A stretch of 64,000 nucleotides of DNA from a virus, in IMG/VR virus record IMGVR_UViG_3300027804_000046, positions 32,001-96,000 of that record. One strand, written 5' to 3'. The position numbers and the translations under genes were made by a program. The notes beneath the pieces are model-generated. The model ran no database searches. It had not been told where the DNA came from and was given only the letters and a program-made list of their open reading frames with translations. Positions within the stretch are counted from its first letter, which is position 1, and the number at the start of each line of letters is the position of its first letter. Shown piece after piece: positions 18,799-28,320 of this stretch.

Positions 18799-19769
18799 CG
18801 AATCCGACACATCCCGTTTATATCATCTCGAAAGGTAGACATGATACAATGTATACCTCGCGCTCACTTGCGCGTATGAAGATTCCACATTACATTGCAA
18901 TTGAACCACAGGATGAAAAACTCTATGATGAAGCGTTGGATAACTTTGGCATTCGTGACTATGTTACCCTTCTTGTGGCTCCTTTTTCTAACCATGGTGA
19001 CGGCCCTGGTCGCGCAAGAAACTGGTGTTGGGATCACTCTATCTCAATAGGTGCAGAGAAGCATTGGGTATGTGATGATAACATCTCCGATTTCTATCGT
19101 CTACACAAGAACCAACGCATTCGTGTGGAATCTGGTGTAATCTTCAAGGCCGCAGAAGATTTTGTTGACAGATTTGAAAATGTTCCTATCTCAGGCTTTC
19201 AGTATAGGTTCTTTATTGCACCTAATCAGGCTTATCCACCTTTCAGTATTAACACTCGTATCTATTCCACTCTGCTTATCTCTAATGATTGTAAGCATCG
19301 TTGGCGCGGTCGTTACAACGAAGATACCGATATCTGTCTTCGCGTATTGAAAGATGGCGATTGTACAATTCAGTTCAATGCATTTCTGCAAGGCAAGTCT
19401 GCTACTCAAACTGTGAAGGGCGGCAATACAGCAGAGTTCTATCATGCAGAAGGTGAACTAGACAAGAGCAAGTGGCGTGATGGACAATTGAATGCAACAG
19501 GCACAATCAATAAGTCTCAGATGCTAGTTGACATGCATCCTGATGTTGCTCGGATGGTGTGGCGATATGGTCGTTGGCATCATTATGTGGATTATTTGCC
19601 GTTTCAAAAGCCAGAGCGAGAATTGAATCCAGAACAGTTACAGATTAGGCGAAACATCGGACTTGGTCCAGATGACAATCGGCTGAGACTGAAATCTGGA
19701 GTTGATTTATCAACCTTACCTAAGGTCAACAATTACGGTATGGTTCTCAAAAAGATATCAAAGACTTAG
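18795..19769 (+). CDS. GREB1/TET-associated-type glycosyltransferase (candidate DNA base glycosyltransferase)
   Basis: YIISKGR, GPGRARNWCW, HWVCDDNI, IYSTLLI, WRGRYNEDTD..LR.LKDG and KGGNT motifs typical of this family. Confidence 0.7.
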   Translation: MTNPTHPVYIISKGRHDTMYTSRSLARMKIPHYIAIEPQDEKLYDEALDNFGIRDYVTLLVAPFSNHGDGPGRARNWCWDHSISIGAEKHWVCDDNISDFYRLHKNQRIRVESGVIFKAAEDFVDRFENVPISGFQYRFFIAPNQAYPPFSINTRIYSTLLISNDCKHRWRGRYNEDTDICLRVLKDGDCTIQFNAFLQGKSATQTVKGGNTAEFYHAEGELDKSKWRDGQLNATGTINKSQMLVDMHPDVARMVWRYGRWHHYVDYLPFQKPERELNPEQLQIRRNIGLGPDDNRLRLKSGVDLSTLPKVNNYGMVLKKISKT

Positions 19770-19795
19770 CCGAACTCAATAAAATCAAGCACTTA
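19756..19795 (+). promoter_or_regulatory. Two IHF-consensus sites
   Basis: TATCAA-AGAC-TTA (19756-19768) and AATCAA-GCAC-TTA (19783-19795), both matching WATCAANNNNTTR. Confidence 0.55.
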
Positions 19796-19805
19796 GCCAT
19801 CAGCT

Positions 19806-19871
19806 ATGCGTCCTAAGCATGGCTGGTATGCATTTTGATCTCTTGTAAATCCGACTTGCCATCCCCATCTA
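19806..19871 (+). promoter_or_regulatory. Composite early promoter copy 1: LysR-type box + sigma32-like core
   Basis: ATGC-N7-GCAT-N7-ATGC, 10 nt, then CTTGTA-N15-CCCCATCTA. 25 nt (19851-19875) are identical to 58703-58727. Confidence 0.65.
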
Positions 19872-19895
19872 TAGTATATGACAACGGAGAACACT

Positions 19896-20054
19896 ATGAC
19901 CAAGATCCTGCTCAAGATTGAAGAATATCTTGCTTATAGCACCATCTATCAGACTTTCATTTCTCCGCTTTTCGCTCTTAAATTGCAGATCCGTCTTCAC
20001 AAGATGTTTCCGAAGACGTTTGCTCATACGCCGACCAATCAATATTGTGATTGA
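19896..20054 (+). CDS. Small hypothetical protein (52 aa), not in ORF track
   Basis: GGAGA RBS; MTKILLKIEEYLAYSTIYQTFISPLFALKLQIRLHKMFPKTFAHTPTNQYCD. Confidence 0.5.
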   Translation: MTKILLKIEEYLAYSTIYQTFISPLFALKLQIRLHKMFPKTFAHTPTNQYCD

Positions 20055-20079
20055 CAAGCGCCGCAAATCCATCTATTCT
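20051..20079 (+). promoter_or_regulatory. Sigma70-type promoter
   Basis: TTGACA-N17-TATTCT upstream of the VWA gene. Confidence 0.65.
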
Positions 20080-20102
20080 ATGTCCATAATAACGAGGACA
20101 CT

Positions 20103-22328
20103 ATGGAAGTAACACATAATCATAATGCCAAGTCCCAGCTAGCCAAGTTGCTGGCTACGGAAAACATTACTGTTCAGCATAGTGCTTCGGCCAAGACCGC
20201 GTGGTTTGATGTTGAGAAGCGGGTACTCATGCTTCCCGTCTGGCGCGAAATGTCCAACGACCTGTATGACCTTCTGGTGGTGCATGAAGTCGGTCATGCT
20301 CTTGATACTCCGACTGAGGGCTGGACTGATGCTATCGCTGACATTGCCAAGCGTATCGCTGGTTCTACTTCCAATCGTGCTATTCTGGCCGTCAAGGGCT
20401 TTCTGAACGTGATTGAAGACGCCCGTATTGACAAGCGCCAGAAGCGCCGTTTCCCTGGTGCTCGGCGCAACTATGTCAAGGGCTATGCCGAACTAATCGA
20501 CCGCGATTTCTTTGGTACTAAAACCAAAGACGTAAATTCCATGTCCTTTATTGACCGCTTGAACATTTACTGTAAGGGTGGTTCAATGCTCGGCATCAAG
20601 TTCACTGCCGAAGAAAAGTCCCTCCTCGCTAAGGTTGAAGCCGCTGAAACTTTCGATGAGGTTCTAGCCCTCACGGAAGAAATCTTCCGCTGGTCTAAGG
20701 AAAAGCAAGAAGAGCAGCAGCAGGACATTGAAGACTTCCGTGCAAAGTCCGTTAAAACTGACGGCGATGACGGCGATGATTCCGAGTATGAATACGGCGA
20801 TGATGAAGCCGAAGATGAACAGGAAAATGGTTCGTCTGGCTCATCTTCATATGATGATGAGGCCGAAGATGAGGAAGAAGATGGCGATGACGCCGAAGCT
20901 TCCGAAACTGGCGATGCCGCTGGTGAAAAAGATGATGACGATCCGCTGAATGTTGGTTCTCAGCGTGAAGATGATATTCCTGAGTCCGAGACTGAAAAGG
21001 CTTGGCAGGAACGTCAGAATGACCTTGTAATCAACTCGAACGAAGAATATATCTATGCTAAGATTCCGCGTCCTATCAACTATGATAGTGTCGTGAATGA
21101 TTACAAGATTGTTCTGGCCGATCAGCGTGAATGTATTGTTCGTATTGCAAGTCAAGAATGGCTCAAGGAAATTCGTGCTGAACTTCAAAAGTTCAAGTCG
21201 GACGAGGCCGCAACTCTTTCCTTCATGGTCAAGGAATTTGAAATGCGGAAGTCGGCTGATGAATACGCTCGGACTTCGGTGTCTAAGACTGGTGTGATTG
21301 ATACTAACAAGTTGCATTCATACAAGTATAATGATGACCTGTTCCGTCGTATCACTTCCGTTGCGACTGGTAAGAACCACGGCTTTGTCATGTTCATTGA
21401 CTGGTCTGGTTCGATGGATGTCCACCTTAAGAAGACGGTCAAGCAATTGCTTTCGCTGACCATGTTCTGTAAGCGGGCTCAGATCCCGTTTGAGGTATAC
21501 TCATTCCGTTCTGCAAATTCTTATGATCATGAAGCTGGTCGTATTCCTTCACATAATCGTCTGTTCACGTACAATCAGAATGAGTTGGACTTTGACAACT
21601 TTATTGCTCGGAACCTTTTGTCTTCACGGATGAATGTGGCCGAGTTCAATGACGCAATGTTCCATCTCTATGTCATGGCTTGTGGTGGTCACCTTACGTG
21701 TGACGGGTTGTCTTCCACTCCGCTGAATGAATGTATCGGTACGGCTGATTTGATTGTCAATCGGTTCAAGGCTCGGTCTAAGGTTCAGATTGTCAATACA
21801 ATCTTCCTGACTGACGGCGAGTCCGATCCGATCAGTGACATTCATGGTGTTCCCTCTTACGGTAGAAATCGGAAGTTCATTCTTCAAGATGAAATTACCA
21901 AGAAGAACCATGACATTCGTGGTGACAAGAATAGCTATAGCCGCTATTCTCCTTATACCGACAACAGAGTGATGACAACTCTCTTGCTGCGGATACTCAA
22001 GGAACGTACTGGCTGCAATCTGCTCGGCTTCTATATCTCTTCTTATGGCTTTGAAAGCATGTATCGCCAGTTCTACGGTGAATATGGCGAAACTTATAAG
22101 AAGTGCCAGACCGACTGGAAAACTAACGGATTCTTCGGTGTGACAACTGCTGGATATGATGAATATTATATCCTCAATCCGAAGTCCTTGAATGTGTCTT
22201 CTGGAAATCTTAACGTAAACTCCGATATGACCAAGCGCAAGATTGCTTCGGAATTTATCAAGTTTTCGGAAAAGAAGGCTGTATCTCGCGTTCTACTCAC
22301 TCGGTTTGTCAAGCGAATTGCCGCTTGA
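20103..22328 (+). CDS. HEXXH metallopeptidase-like + VWA domain protein (CobT-like partner of CobS)
   Basis: LAKLLATEN, HEVGHAL.TP, NVIEDARI, acidic linker, MIDAS DWSGSM and FLTDGES. Confidence 0.85.
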   Translation: MEVTHNHNAKSQLAKLLATENITVQHSASAKTAWFDVEKRVLMLPVWREMSNDLYDLLVVHEVGHALDTPTEGWTDAIADIAKRIAGSTSNRAILAVKGFLNVIEDARIDKRQKRRFPGARRNYVKGYAELIDRDFFGTKTKDVNSMSFIDRLNIYCKGGSMLGIKFTAEEKSLLAKVEAAETFDEVLALTEEIFRWSKEKQEEQQQDIEDFRAKSVKTDGDDGDDSEYEYGDDEAEDEQENGSSGSSSYDDEAEDEEEDGDDAEASETGDAAGEKDDDDPLNVGSQREDDIPESETEKAWQERQNDLVINSNEEYIYAKIPRPINYDSVVNDYKIVLADQRECIVRIASQEWLKEIRAELQKFKSDEAATLSFMVKEFEMRKSADEYARTSVSKTGVIDTNKLHSYKYNDDLFRRITSVATGKNHGFVMFIDWSGSMDVHLKKTVKQLLSLTMFCKRAQIPFEVYSFRSANSYDHEAGRIPSHNRLFTYNQNELDFDNFIARNLLSSRMNVAEFNDAMFHLYVMACGGHLTCDGLSSTPLNECIGTADLIVNRFKARSKVQIVNTIFLTDGESDPISDIHGVPSYGRNRKFILQDEITKKNHDIRGDKNSYSRYSPYTDNRVMTTLLLRILKERTGCNLLGFYISSYGFESMYRQFYGEYGETYKKCQTDWKTNGFFGVTTAGYDEYYILNPKSLNVSSGNLNVNSDMTKRKIASEFIKFSEKKAVSRVLLTRFVKRIAA

Positions 22329-22352
22329 CAAATCATTCCTACCTGCTATAAT
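22325..22352 (+). promoter_or_regulatory. Sigma70-type promoter
   Basis: TTGACA-N16-TATAAT with TGn extension. Confidence 0.65.
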
Positions 22353-22392
22353 ATACACATAATCGAAACACACACAAAGGAAAGTTCCTAAT

Positions 22393-23616
22393 ATGGCTAA
22401 GCGCCCCGTTGATAAGACCCCGTTCCTGAATGCTGTTAAGACCGAACTTGGTAATGTTAACACCATTACCCGCGCCGAAGTGTTCGCAATCATGGAAAAG
22501 TACGGTCTTAAGGATCCGCTGTGGTTGACCAAGAATGACGCCGTTCGCGTCGGTCGTGGTGTCTATTCTCTGGATGATGTTGATATGACCAATGCAAAGC
22601 CTGCTGCAAAGATTGCCAAGTCTAAGCCGATCAAGGCTGCTGATATCGCTTCGGCTGTTCCTGTTGCTCAGGTCACGGAAGTGGCTAATCACGCCGACAT
22701 GGCGATGGCTCTTCACGCCTCGTCCGATACCATCTCTCTGGTGCCTGACAAGGCTAAGGGTTATGTCCCGTTCGGTCACTTCCCTGATGTCCGTATGATT
22801 ATCAAGTCTGGTAAGTTCTATCCGACTTACATCACTGGTCTGTCTGGCAACGGTAAGACCATGATGATTGAGCAGATTGCGGCTCAGGAAAAGCGTGAAC
22901 TGGTTCGTGCTAACATCACTAAGGAAACTGACGAGGACGACCTGATCGGCGGCTTCCGTCTCATCGACGGCAAGACTGTCTGGCAGAACGGCCCTGTTAT
23001 CGTGGCCATGGAACGCGGTGCAATCCTGTTGCTTGACGAAGTGGATCTTGGTGACGCCAAGCTTATGTGTCTCCAGCCTGTCCTCGAGGGCAAGCCGATC
23101 TATCTCAAGAAGATCAATCGGGTTGTGACGCCTGCTCCTGGCTTTAACATCCTTGCTACGGCTAACACCAAGGGTAAGGGTTCGGACGATGGTCGCTTCA
23201 TCGGTACCAACGTCATGAACGAAGCCTTCCTTGAGCGTTTCTCCATCACGTTTGAGCAGGAATATCCGCCGCTCAAGACCGAAGCAAAGATCCTGAACAA
23301 TGTTCTCGGTGCCTCTGGCATTGAAGACAAGGACTTTGCAGACAAGCTGGTCAACTGGGCCGACATGATCCGCAAAGCGTTCTATGATGGTGCGGTCTCC
23401 GATATCATCTCCACTCGCCGTCTGGTTCATATCTGCGAAGCCTACGCCATCTTCGGCCGTGACCGTGAGAAGGCAATCAAACTTTGTCTGAACCGCTTTG
23501 ATGTGGACACTAAGGGCGGCTTCTGGGACCTTTACGCCAAGCTGGACGAAACTGTTGCACCGAAGCCGACTGAAACTGTCACGGCTGTCAATCTTGATGA
23601 AGAGGTACCGTTTTAA
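22393..23616 (+). CDS. cobS: CobS/MoxR-family AAA+ ATPase
   Basis: GLSGNGKT Walker A, ETDEDDLIGG, LLLDEVD, ATANTKGKG, NEAFLERF and ISTRRL motifs. Confidence 0.9.
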   Translation: MAKRPVDKTPFLNAVKTELGNVNTITRAEVFAIMEKYGLKDPLWLTKNDAVRVGRGVYSLDDVDMTNAKPAAKIAKSKPIKAADIASAVPVAQVTEVANHADMAMALHASSDTISLVPDKAKGYVPFGHFPDVRMIIKSGKFYPTYITGLSGNGKTMMIEQIAAQEKRELVRANITKETDEDDLIGGFRLIDGKTVWQNGPVIVAMERGAILLLDEVDLGDAKLMCLQPVLEGKPIYLKKINRVVTPAPGFNILATANTKGKGSDDGRFIGTNVMNEAFLERFSITFEQEYPPLKTEAKILNNVLGASGIEDKDFADKLVNWADMIRKAFYDGAVSDIISTRRLVHICEAYAIFGRDREKAIKLCLNRFDVDTKGGFWDLYAKLDETVAPKPTETVTAVNLDEEVPF

Positions 23617-23619
23617 TGC

Positions 23620-23648
23620 TTGACAAGGCAGTTAATGCCTGCTACAAT
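23620..23648 (+). promoter_or_regulatory. Sigma70-type promoter
   Basis: TTGACA-N17-TACAAT with TGn extension. Confidence 0.65.
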
Positions 23649-23727
23649 AATCGAACAATGGCAAAGAGTCACACATTGTCCGATTATCTTAAACCAAGTG
23701 ACTCATTTTTACTATGGAGTGTATTGA

Positions 23728-23940
23728 ATGTCTCATCTTTCTCGCGTTGCCAAGGTTCTTCGCCGTAACAGCAAGGGCGCTGGTATTACAGCTGGTCGTG
23801 TAGCCCAGCTGGCTGGTCTGTCCAAGGACGCTGTTTACAAGCGCGTCTATGACCTTCGCACCTTGGAAGGCAAGACCATCTACAGCAACTATCGTACTGT
23901 GAATGGTCAGCGCAAGATGTTTTATCGTTTTGCTGCCTAA
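23728..23940 (+). CDS. Small winged-HTH-like DNA-binding protein
   Basis: GITAGRVAQLAGLSKDAVYKRVYDLR helix-turn-helix pattern; basic; GGAG RBS. Confidence 0.6.
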   Translation: MSHLSRVAKVLRRNSKGAGITAGRVAQLAGLSKDAVYKRVYDLRTLEGKTIYSNYRTVNGQRKMFYRFAA

Positions 23941-23955
23941 TCTTTAACGATTCTC

Positions 23956-23996
23956 AGAGGGATGGATACTATATACTAGTGTCCTTCCCTCTTTTT
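23956..23996 (+). terminator. Intrinsic terminator
   Basis: AGAGGGATGGATACTA / TAGTGTCCTTCCCTCT imperfect stem followed by a T run. Confidence 0.65.
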
Positions 23997-24012
23997 ATTA
24001 TGGAGTTTTCTA

Positions 24013-24906
24013 ATGCAGTTACAGGTTAAAGTTGAAGATTTAAGAAAAGCAAAGTTGTTCGTTGCCACGCCAATGTATGGTGGGCAGTGTCACGGAATGT
24101 ATTCAAAGGCTGCATTAGATTTGCAGGGCCTGTGTATGCAATACGGAATTGATATTCGCTTTTCTTTTCTGTTTAATGAATCTCTCATCACACGCGCACG
24201 TAATTATCTTGTAGATGAATTTTTACGTTCCGATTTTACTCATCTACTCTTTCTCGACTCCGACATCTGCTTTGATCCGCAGGATGTTCTAGCCCTCATT
24301 GCACTGGATAAGGATGTAATTGGTGCTCCGTATCCAAAGAAGTCTATCAACTGGCGCAATGTTGCTCTTGCTCTTACCAAGAACCCAACCATGAATGCTG
24401 GAGAATTAGATACACTTACTGGTGACTATGTGTTCAATCCAGTTCCTGGCACAAAATCATTCCGTGTTTCTGAGCCTCTTGAGGTTATGGAAATCGGTAC
24501 TGGTTATATGTTGATCAAGCGTCATGTGTTTGACAAGTTCAAGGAAGCATATCCAAACTTGACATACAAGCCAGATCACGTTGGTCAGGCTCACTTCGAT
24601 GGCTCAAGGTATATTCATGCATACTTTGATACTGTCATTGATCGTGGTGATCCCTTCGATAAGGTCCATCAAATGATGGAAGCCGCAGCGAAAGGCGAAA
24701 ACGTTCAAGAGAAGGCCAAAGAACTTCTCGAAAAGGAAGTCAACTCGTCTCATCGCTATCTGTCAGAAGACTATATGTTCTGTCAGTATTGGCGCAAGAT
24801 AGGCGGCTCAATCTGGTTGTGTCCGTGGATGAGAACTACGCATATGGGAACTTATGCGTTCAATGGTAACATGGTCAAGATTGCGGAACTAACAGGGAAT
24901 CTATAA
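24013..24906 (+). CDS. GT-A-fold glycosyltransferase-like protein
   Basis: ATPMYGG, ESLITRARN, THLLFLDSDI (DxD), GTGYMLIKR and YLSEDYMFC motifs. Confidence 0.7.
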   Translation: MQLQVKVEDLRKAKLFVATPMYGGQCHGMYSKAALDLQGLCMQYGIDIRFSFLFNESLITRARNYLVDEFLRSDFTHLLFLDSDICFDPQDVLALIALDKDVIGAPYPKKSINWRNVALALTKNPTMNAGELDTLTGDYVFNPVPGTKSFRVSEPLEVMEIGTGYMLIKRHVFDKFKEAYPNLTYKPDHVGQAHFDGSRYIHAYFDTVIDRGDPFDKVHQMMEAAAKGENVQEKAKELLEKEVNSSHRYLSEDYMFCQYWRKIGGSIWLCPWMRTTHMGTYAFNGNMVKIAELTGNL

Positions 24907-24907
24907 C

Positions 24908-25567
24908 ATGCTAATTGGTATTGTAGGATTTATCGGCTCAGGTAAAGGCACCGTTGCTGATATTCTTGTGAACAAGCATAACTTTACAAAACTGTCCTTT
25001 GCTGATACAGTAAAGGACGCTACAGCGGCCATCTTCGGATGGCCGCGACATCTTTTAGAAGGTGATACTGATGAGAGCCGAGCATTTCGTGAGGCAACTG
25101 ACGATTGGTGGTCAGAGAAGATGGGCTACAATTTCTCTCCTCGCATGGCTCTTCAGATGATGGGTACCGAGGCTGGTCGTGAAGTATTCCATCCAGATAT
25201 TTGGATTCATTCACTTGAACGTAAGATGGACATGTATCCAAACGTAGTCATTGCTGACGTTCGTTTCCCTAATGAGATTGCATTCATTCAGTCTAAGGGC
25301 GGCTTTGTCATTCGCGTAAAGCGTGGTCCTGATCCTGATTGGTATGATCTTGCTCATGCTGCTAACAATATCAGTTTTGCACATAATCCAGAAGCACAAG
25401 AAGAAATGGAAAAAACTGGTATTCATTATTCAGAATGGGCATGGATTGGTTCTATAATGGATCATGAATTGCACAATACTGGAACTATCTCCTCACTTGA
25501 AGGAGATATTGAACACATGAAAAAGGTCTTTACAGGGCCTCAAAAGCCTGATACAATAGCAGCGTAA
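24908..25567 (+). CDS. gp1: Deoxynucleoside monophosphate kinase
   Basis: G..GSGKGT P-loop, SFAD.VKD, PR..LQ..GTE.GR, DVRFPNE and H.SE motifs. Confidence 0.9.
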   Translation: MLIGIVGFIGSGKGTVADILVNKHNFTKLSFADTVKDATAAIFGWPRHLLEGDTDESRAFREATDDWWSEKMGYNFSPRMALQMMGTEAGREVFHPDIWIHSLERKMDMYPNVVIADVRFPNEIAFIQSKGGFVIRVKRGPDPDWYDLAHAANNISFAHNPEAQEEMEKTGIHYSEWAWIGSIMDHELHNTGTISSLEGDIEHMKKVFTGPQKPDTIAA

Positions 25568-25593
25568 TCCAAAAACAAATCGGAGTTTATATT

Positions 25594-26247
25594 ATGAAGT
25601 TGAGTGAAAACACCCTGAGTGTATTGAAGAACTTTTCGTCTATCAATTCTGGAATTGTCCTTCAAAAAGGAAATCTACAGAAGACTATCTCTCCCGAAAA
25701 GTCCATTCTGGTCGAAGCGGAAGTTGAAGATGTTCTGCCCGAACAGTTTGGCATCTATGACTTGAACCAGTTTCTTGGTAACATCTCTACACTGAACAAT
25801 CCAGACTTGACGTTTACTGACAACGCGGTTCTCATGAATGATGGTGATATCAAGTTCAACTATTATTCTTGTTCTACCAATCTCATCGTTTCTCCTCCCG
25901 ACAAGGAGTTGAAGTTGAAGCAGGTTGATGTAAGTTTCTCTCTTACAAACGCCATTCTTACCAAGTTGCTGCGTCTGGCTGCAATGAACAATCTCACACA
26001 TCTTTCCGTTGTCGGTAAGAACGGCGAGATTCGTTTGCAGACGCATGAGAAAGCCAACGACACTTCTAATCACGCATCGTTCAAGTTGAATGATTATAAT
26101 GGTGAAGATTTCTCGGCATCGTTCAAGGTTGAAAACATCAAGTTGATTCCTGGTGACTATGATGTGGAAATTCAGCTTGGAGCATTCGCTAAGTTTGTAT
26201 CTAAGTCTGGCAAGATCAAGTATTTCATCGCACTGGAGAGCAAGTAA
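25594..26247 (+). CDS. gp45: Sliding clamp
   Basis: MKLS..T...LKNFSSIN, FGIYDLNQFL, FKVENIK.IPGDY.V and Y.IALE motifs. Confidence 0.95.
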   Translation: MKLSENTLSVLKNFSSINSGIVLQKGNLQKTISPEKSILVEAEVEDVLPEQFGIYDLNQFLGNISTLNNPDLTFTDNAVLMNDGDIKFNYYSCSTNLIVSPPDKELKLKQVDVSFSLTNAILTKLLRLAAMNNLTHLSVVGKNGEIRLQTHEKANDTSNHASFKLNDYNGEDFSASFKVENIKLIPGDYDVEIQLGAFAKFVSKSGKIKYFIALESK

Positions 26248-26531
26248 TGGCTGGCATGGGACACAATCAGAACTTTGTTAGTATCAATTCTCTGACGGAA
26301 TCTCAGAAGAAGGAACTCAAGGAAGCAATTCAGCAATTGAATGATAGCATGACGCGAGTTGCTGCTGAGAGAGACTTTCAGAAGGATAGTGTCAACTCCA
26401 TTTCAGACAAGACTGGTGTTGACAAGAAGATCATCCGCCGCATGGCTAAGGTCTACTTCAAGGCTAACTATTCTCAGGAACAGGAAGAGAATAGGAACTT
26501 TGAAGAGTTCTATGATGGAGTCATGAAGTAG
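26247..26531 (+). CDS. dsDNA-binding protein (T4 DsbA / GapR-like)
   Basis: Helical 94 aa protein, ..S.TRV.AERD..K.....I.....VDKKIIRRMAK.Y.K; N-terminal GMGHN. Confidence 0.65.
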   Translation: MAGMGHNQNFVSINSLTESQKKELKEAIQQLNDSMTRVAAERDFQKDSVNSISDKTGVDKKIIRRMAKVYFKANYSQEQEENRNFEEFYDGVMK

Positions 26532-26779
26532 TGAAAAAGGACGTAACAGTTCAACGCATGGTAGAACTCATGGAGCCTATTGACAGGCAGATCATGATGT
26601 GCGATAATGTTGAAGATGTTCTAATGTTGGCATCTAACATGATGGTAACGTCTAAGAGCATCTTCGTGCAAAATCTTGGCGGTATTGGCGCTAAAGAACT
26701 TCTTCAAAGAATGGTGAATGAAATTGACGAACGAATCCTTCCTGTGGGTAGAGAAGTACCGCCCAACCTCGGTCAGTGA
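26531..26779 (+). CDS. Hypothetical protein
   Basis: 82 aa; GTG start coupled to the upstream stop. Confidence 0.5.
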   Translation: MKKDVTVQRMVELMEPIDRQIMMCDNVEDVLMLASNMMVTSKSIFVQNLGGIGAKELLQRMVNEIDERILPVGREVPPNLGQ

Positions 26780-27665
26780 TTGTATTCTTCCTGATCGGCT
26801 AAAGAAGCCGTTTCAGGAATACGTTGACCGTAAAGAAATACCAAATCTCATGCTCACCGGTTCAGCGGGTGTAGGTAAAACTACAATCGCCAAAGCTATG
26901 TGTGATGAGATTGGCATCAATCATCTTTACATCAATGCTTCCGAAAATCGTGGTATTGATATGTTGCGAACAACCATTCGCAATTATGCTTCCACTGTTT
27001 CACTGACTGGTGGCACTAAGGTAATCATTCTAGACGAGGCCGACTATCTTACACCAGAAGCACAGGCCGCGATGCGTGGTGCAATTGAAGAGTTTGCTGC
27101 TAACTGTACATTCATCTTCACTTGCAACTTCAAGGCTCGTTTGATTGACGCTCTACATTCTCGCTGTTCTGTAATTGATTTCGCTCTCAAGGCTGATGAA
27201 AAGCCGAAGATGGCAATGCAATTGATGAAGCGAATGGAGAACATTCTTACCGAAGAAAGTGTCAAGTATGACAAGGCAGTCCTTGCAAAAATCATTGAAA
27301 AGTATTTTCCTGATTATCGCCGTACTCTTAATGAGTTGCAGCGTTTCAGCAGCAGTGGCAACTTGGATGCTGGTATTGTATCTCAACTTTCTGACGTAAG
27401 AAAGATTGTCGATCTAGTAAACTCTCTGAAAGAAAAGAACTTTGGAGAAATGCGTAAGTGGTGTGTAGCCAATTCTGATATTGAGCCTGCACGTATCTAT
27501 CGCAAGATTTATGATGGTCTGTATGAGTACATGAAGCCGCATAGTATTCCACAAGCAGTTGTGACTATCGGCAAGTATCAGTATCAGGCAGCATTTGTGG
27601 CAGATCAAGAGATTAATTTGGTTGCTTGTCTAACGGAACTTATGGTGGAATGTGAATATGTCTAA
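26718..27665 (+). CDS. gp44: Clamp loader large subunit
   Basis: LWVEKYRP, G.AGVGKTT, IILDEAD, LHSRC and YFPDYRR.LNELQ motifs. Confidence 0.96.
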   Translation: MKLTNESFLWVEKYRPTSVSDCILPDRLKKPFQEYVDRKEIPNLMLTGSAGVGKTTIAKAMCDEIGINHLYINASENRGIDMLRTTIRNYASTVSLTGGTKVIILDEADYLTPEAQAAMRGAIEEFAANCTFIFTCNFKARLIDALHSRCSVIDFALKADEKPKMAMQLMKRMENILTEESVKYDKAVLAKIIEKYFPDYRRTLNELQRFSSSGNLDAGIVSQLSDVRKIVDLVNSLKEKNFGEMRKWCVANSDIEPARIYRKIYDGLYEYMKPHSIPQAVVTIGKYQYQAAFVADQEINLVACLTELMVECEYV

Positions 27666-28320
27666 GTCTGATAATCTGAGAAAAACTCAGGAACAGTTTG
27701 GTGGCGGAAGATCAATGTTTAATCCTGCTGCAAAACAGCACGAAGTAAATGTTTTAGATACAGCGTATGAAGTTCTTTGTGAATTAAACAGGAAATACAA
27801 AGATTGCTTCATTCTTGAGAAAAAGTTATCAAAAAGAGAAATTGCACTATCTCTCGGCCATAAAACTTATCGAAGTCACGGAAAAAATTCTTTTGTGAAA
27901 CCTGACGGCGGCATCATTTACTACGTAAAAGGTAATAAGAAGTATCCTGTTTTGATTACCGAAGCAAAGAAACAGGGCACGAATGATATACGTGCCACTG
28001 AAGGTAAAGCGAAGCAAGGCAAAGGTAATGCCATTGAAAGAGCATATAAGAATCATAAAGAGTTAGAATTGTACTGTAAAAACTTGCCTGTTTTTCCTTA
28101 TGTTATTTTTGCATATGGTTGTGACTTTGAAGATGGCTCTTCTATCAATGATAGACTTGATGCTATGACCGAATATCTTCCGAGAAATAAAATCTATACA
28201 GGAACCAAAAATAGAATCGTCAATCTTTTTGTTAGACCGAACCCATTTACAAAAAATGAAATGTATGATATCATGTTAGAGGTTGCCCAAAAATCTATTA
28301 GGGAGTTAAAAAACGTATGA
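27652..28320 (+). CDS. EcoRI-family type II restriction endonuclease
   Basis: KPDGG...EAK.QG (PD-(D/E)xK) plus GNAIER..KN and FPYV.F..G.DF, matching the EcoRI motif order. Confidence 0.8.
   Translation: MNMSKSDNLRKTQEQFGGGRSMFNPAAKQHEVNVLDTAYEVLCELNRKYKDCFILEKKLSKREIALSLGHKTYRSHGKNSFVKPDGGIIYYVKGNKKYPVLITEAKKQGTNDIRATEGKAKQGKGNAIERAYKNHKELELYCKNLPVFPYVIFAYGCDFEDGSSINDRLDAMTEYLPRNKIYTGTKNRIVNLFVRPNPFTKNEMYDIMLEVAQKSIRELKNV

Noticed and set aside
19756-19800. Possible CRISPR mini-array from the ...CACTTAGCC repeats (also 58617-58657)
   Set aside because: There are only two ~16-nt units per locus with ~10-nt gaps and no cas genes. Protein-binding sites fit better.
22339-23430. 363-aa minus-strand ORF
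   Set aside because: It is the antisense shadow of the strongly codon-biased cobS gene. It has no RBS or recognisable motif, and genuine genes here are all on the + strand.
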